Source: SAR116 cluster bacterium AG-335-N04 (lineage in GTDB: Bacteria; Pseudomonadota; Alphaproteobacteria; Puniceispirillales; Marisalimonadaceae). Taken from it: a DNA stretch of 64,000 bases. The number at the start of each line of letters is the position of its first letter. The first letter of the stretch is position 1. The stretch spans positions 57,844-121,843 of the forward strand of contig QBZS01000001.1 in the NCBI GenBank assembly GCA_003279355.1. The letters run 5' to 3'. Shown here piece by piece: positions 61,632 to 64,000 of this stretch. The position numbers were made by a program, and so were the translations under genes. Below the pieces are notes generated by a model. That model was given only the letters and a program-made list of their open reading frames with translations. It searched no databases and had not been told where the DNA came from.

Positions 61632-63005
61632 ATGAATAGCTTACATTTATATAATACCCTTGAAAAAAAAACATCTGTTTTTAATCCCATTGATAAAAAT
61701 GACGTTAGAATGTATGCATGTGGTCCTACAGTTTATGATTTCATTCATATTGGTAATGCAAGACCTTTAGTTGTATTTGATGTTTTAGTTCGATTACTTA
61801 GAACAATGTATCCTAAAGTCACTTATGTAAGAAATATCACTGACATTGATGACAAAATAAACAAAAGAGCGACCGAGAAAGAAATACAAATATCGGAATT
61901 AACTAAAGAGACGATAAAAAATTTTCATTACGATTGTAAATTATTAGGTAATTTAAATCCTGATTTTGAACCAAGGGCTACAGATCATATTAATGAAATA
62001 ATTGAGATGATCGAAATATTAATTTCAAAACGGTTTGCTTATGTCTCCTCAGGAAATGTTCTTTTTTCGGTTAGTAAATTTAAAAAATATGGAATTTTAT
62101 CAGGAAGGTCGCTCAAAGATATGATATCTGGTTCAAGAGTTGATATTGCAGAATATAAAGATGAACCCGGAGACTTCATTCTATGGAAACCATCCACGAA
62201 GGATTTGCCAGGTTGGAATAGTCCTTGGGGAAGAGGAAGACCAGGTTGGCATATTGAATGTTCAGCTATGAGTAAAAAGTATTTAGGTGAGCAATTTGAT
62301 ATACATGCAGGTGGTTTAGATTTAATTTTTCCGCATCATGAGAATGAAATTGCTCAATCTTGTTGTGCAAATGATACAGATGTTATGGCTAATTTTTGGC
62401 TACATAATGGTTATGTGACTTCTGATGGTGAAAAAATGTCAAAGTCACTTGGAAACTTTACTACGATTAATGAACTTCTTTTTCATTTCGACGGTGAAGC
62501 TATAAGATATGCTCTATTACAAGCTCATTACAGAGCACCCCTAAGCTTTAGTAAAAAATCTTTGGAAGAAGCTAAAAAGTCATTGTCCAGACTATACAGA
62601 GCTGTTGATGGCTTTGAAGTTAATGGTAACCCAGATGAGGAACTTATTATTAATCTATGTGATGATATAAATACTCCTAAAGCTCTTGCCAGAGCTCATT
62701 ATCTAACTGATGAAGCGAATAAAGGAAGTAAAGAGTGTGCTCAAAAATTAAAAAACTCTAGTAAACTTTTAGGTATTTTATCTCAATCGACTGAAGAATG
62801 GTTTAAGTTTCGAAAAGAATTGTATCAAAGTCAAAGATTTGAAATCTCTATGACCGAAAAAGAAATTGAAGAACTTATACTTGAACGTAAAACTGCCAAA
62901 GATAGCAAAGATTATTCTAAAGCAGATCAAATAAGAGAGAAATTACTTAAAGTCAATATCGTATTAGAAGATAGAGCAGATAAAACGATATGGAGAAAAA
63001 ATTAA
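61632..63005 (+). CDS. cysS: Cysteine--tRNA ligase
   Basis: CGPTVY, HIGN, PGWHIECS, FPHHENE, KMSKS. Confidence 0.96.
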   Translation: MNSLHLYNTLEKKTSVFNPIDKNDVRMYACGPTVYDFIHIGNARPLVVFDVLVRLLRTMYPKVTYVRNITDIDDKINKRATEKEIQISELTKETIKNFHYDCKLLGNLNPDFEPRATDHINEIIEMIEILISKRFAYVSSGNVLFSVSKFKKYGILSGRSLKDMISGSRVDIAEYKDEPGDFILWKPSTKDLPGWNSPWGRGRPGWHIECSAMSKKYLGEQFDIHAGGLDLIFPHHENEIAQSCCANDTDVMANFWLHNGYVTSDGEKMSKSLGNFTTINELLFHFDGEAIRYALLQAHYRAPLSFSKKSLEEAKKSLSRLYRAVDGFEVNGNPDEELIINLCDDINTPKALARAHYLTDEANKGSKECAQKLKNSSKLLGILSQSTEEWFKFRKELYQSQRFEISMTEKEIEELILERKTAKDSKDYSKADQIREKLLKVNIVLEDRADKTIWRKN

Positions 63006-63019
63006 ATATATGTCCTTAT

Positions 63020-63781
63020 ATGATTGATTTAACTCCTAATATAATTTTGTCTAAGCCACAACTTGGAGAAAATATAGGTTCTTCAGCTCGAGCAATGAAA
63101 AATTTTGGTATCGAAAAGCTTAGATTGATAGAACCAAGAGATGGCTGGCCAAACAGCTCTGCATATGCCATTTCAGCTGGAGCTGATGACGTATTAAATA
63201 AAACAAATGTCTATAAATCTTTAGAAGAAGCCACTAAAGATATTTCTTTATTATTTGCTACTACTGCTAGAAAACGTGTTATTGGCACAAAATCTTTAGA
63301 TGTATTTAAAGCAATAGATAAATCTTTTCATCATGTTGTTAATGGTGGAAAAGTTGGTTTTCTTTTTGGTTCTGAACAGTCAGGTTTATCAAATGACGAT
63401 GTAGTACAAGCAGATTATACAATTTCAATTCCACTAAACCAAAACTTTTCATCTTTAAATTTATCTCAAGCAGTATTGTTGATTTGTTGGGAATGGAATA
63501 AGATTAAGAGCTCTCATTTCAAAGAAGATAATTTACCTATAAAAGTAAACAAAAAATTAAAAAAGAGCACCGAAATTTCTAATGTTGGCGACAGAGAGTA
63601 TTTTTATCAACAATTAGATCATTTACTCAGCAAGTCTGGTTTTTTCCACTCACCAGAAATGGCGCCTGTTGTGAAAAGAAACATAAGAAGTTTATTTAAC
63701 AGAGCGTCCTTGACCCATCAAGATTTGAGGACACTACATGGAATAATTAGATCCCTATCAAAAAGTTCAAATCGTACTTGA
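63020..63781 (+). CDS. trmJ: SPOUT tRNA/rRNA methyltransferase (TrmJ/LasT)
   Basis: ENIG..ARAMKNFG, TTAR, FG.E..GL, SLNLSQAV. Confidence 0.82.
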   Translation: MIDLTPNIILSKPQLGENIGSSARAMKNFGIEKLRLIEPRDGWPNSSAYAISAGADDVLNKTNVYKSLEEATKDISLLFATTARKRVIGTKSLDVFKAIDKSFHHVVNGGKVGFLFGSEQSGLSNDDVVQADYTISIPLNQNFSSLNLSQAVLLICWEWNKIKSSHFKEDNLPIKVNKKLKKSTEISNVGDREYFYQQLDHLLSKSGFFHSPEMAPVVKRNIRSLFNRASLTHQDLRTLHGIIRSLSKSSNRT

Positions 63782-63918
63782 CTTTTAACATTTAAATAGT
63801 ATTTTTCAGTCTCAGTTCCGATAATGTGGATTATAACGTTGTGTTTTTTATCCCGAAGTTTAACTTCTGATTGGAATAATTAACTACTATTTTAGTAGTA
63901 GATAAAAAGGTTTAAAAT
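63778..63918 (+). promoter_or_regulatory. rpsD promoter and structured 5' leader
   Basis: TTGACT-N16-TATTTT; leader with pairings TTCCGAT/ATTGGAA, GAAGT/ACTTC and ACTACTA/TAGTAGT. Confidence 0.45.
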
Positions 63919-64000
63919 ATGCCTAAGTCAGATCATAAAAGAACAAGTTCAAAACATAAAATAGATAGAAGGTTAGGAGTTAATTTATGGGGAAGACCAA
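63919..64000 (+). CDS. rpsD: 30S ribosomal protein S4, N-terminus (truncated by window edge)
   Basis: MPKSDHKRTSSKHKIDRRLGVNLWGRP matches the alphaproteobacterial S4 start (KR.S.K.KIDRR.G.N.WGRP). Confidence 0.92.
   Translation, partial: MPKSDHKRTSSKHKIDRRLGVNLWGRP

Overview
AT-rich (roughly 30% GC by eye), gene-dense chromosomal segment of a streamlined marine-type alphaproteobacterium. The assignment rests on the alphaproteobacterial S4 N-terminus, class II DAHP synthase, tesA-ybbAP, TAXI-TRAP transporter and photolyase; the exact lineage cannot be fixed from the sequence. Positions 1-54.5 kb hold mostly stand-alone catabolic and redox enzymes: SDRs, three Fe(II)/2-oxoglutarate dioxygenases, CoA transferases/lyase/hydratase, a split AtuA pair, a ThDP enzyme, GSTs and hydrolases. 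They also hold a few transporters, one tRNA-Arg(UCU), at least three disrupted genes and several microproteins missed by the ORF track. Positions 54.5-64 kb are a core block: gor, DAHP synthase, NAPRT-like, nadE, gltX, cysS, trmJ-like and the start of rpsD. I found no integrase, transposase, CRISPR array, rRNA or recognisable transcription regulator. The best leads are the AtuA/ThDP organic-acid cluster, a signal-less Cys-rich BtuF-fold protein with a small partner, a divergent TauD/bicupin module, a probable ATA start codon, a microprotein pair and a structured rpsD leader. All are hypotheses from motif recognition only; none is a demonstrated novel system.
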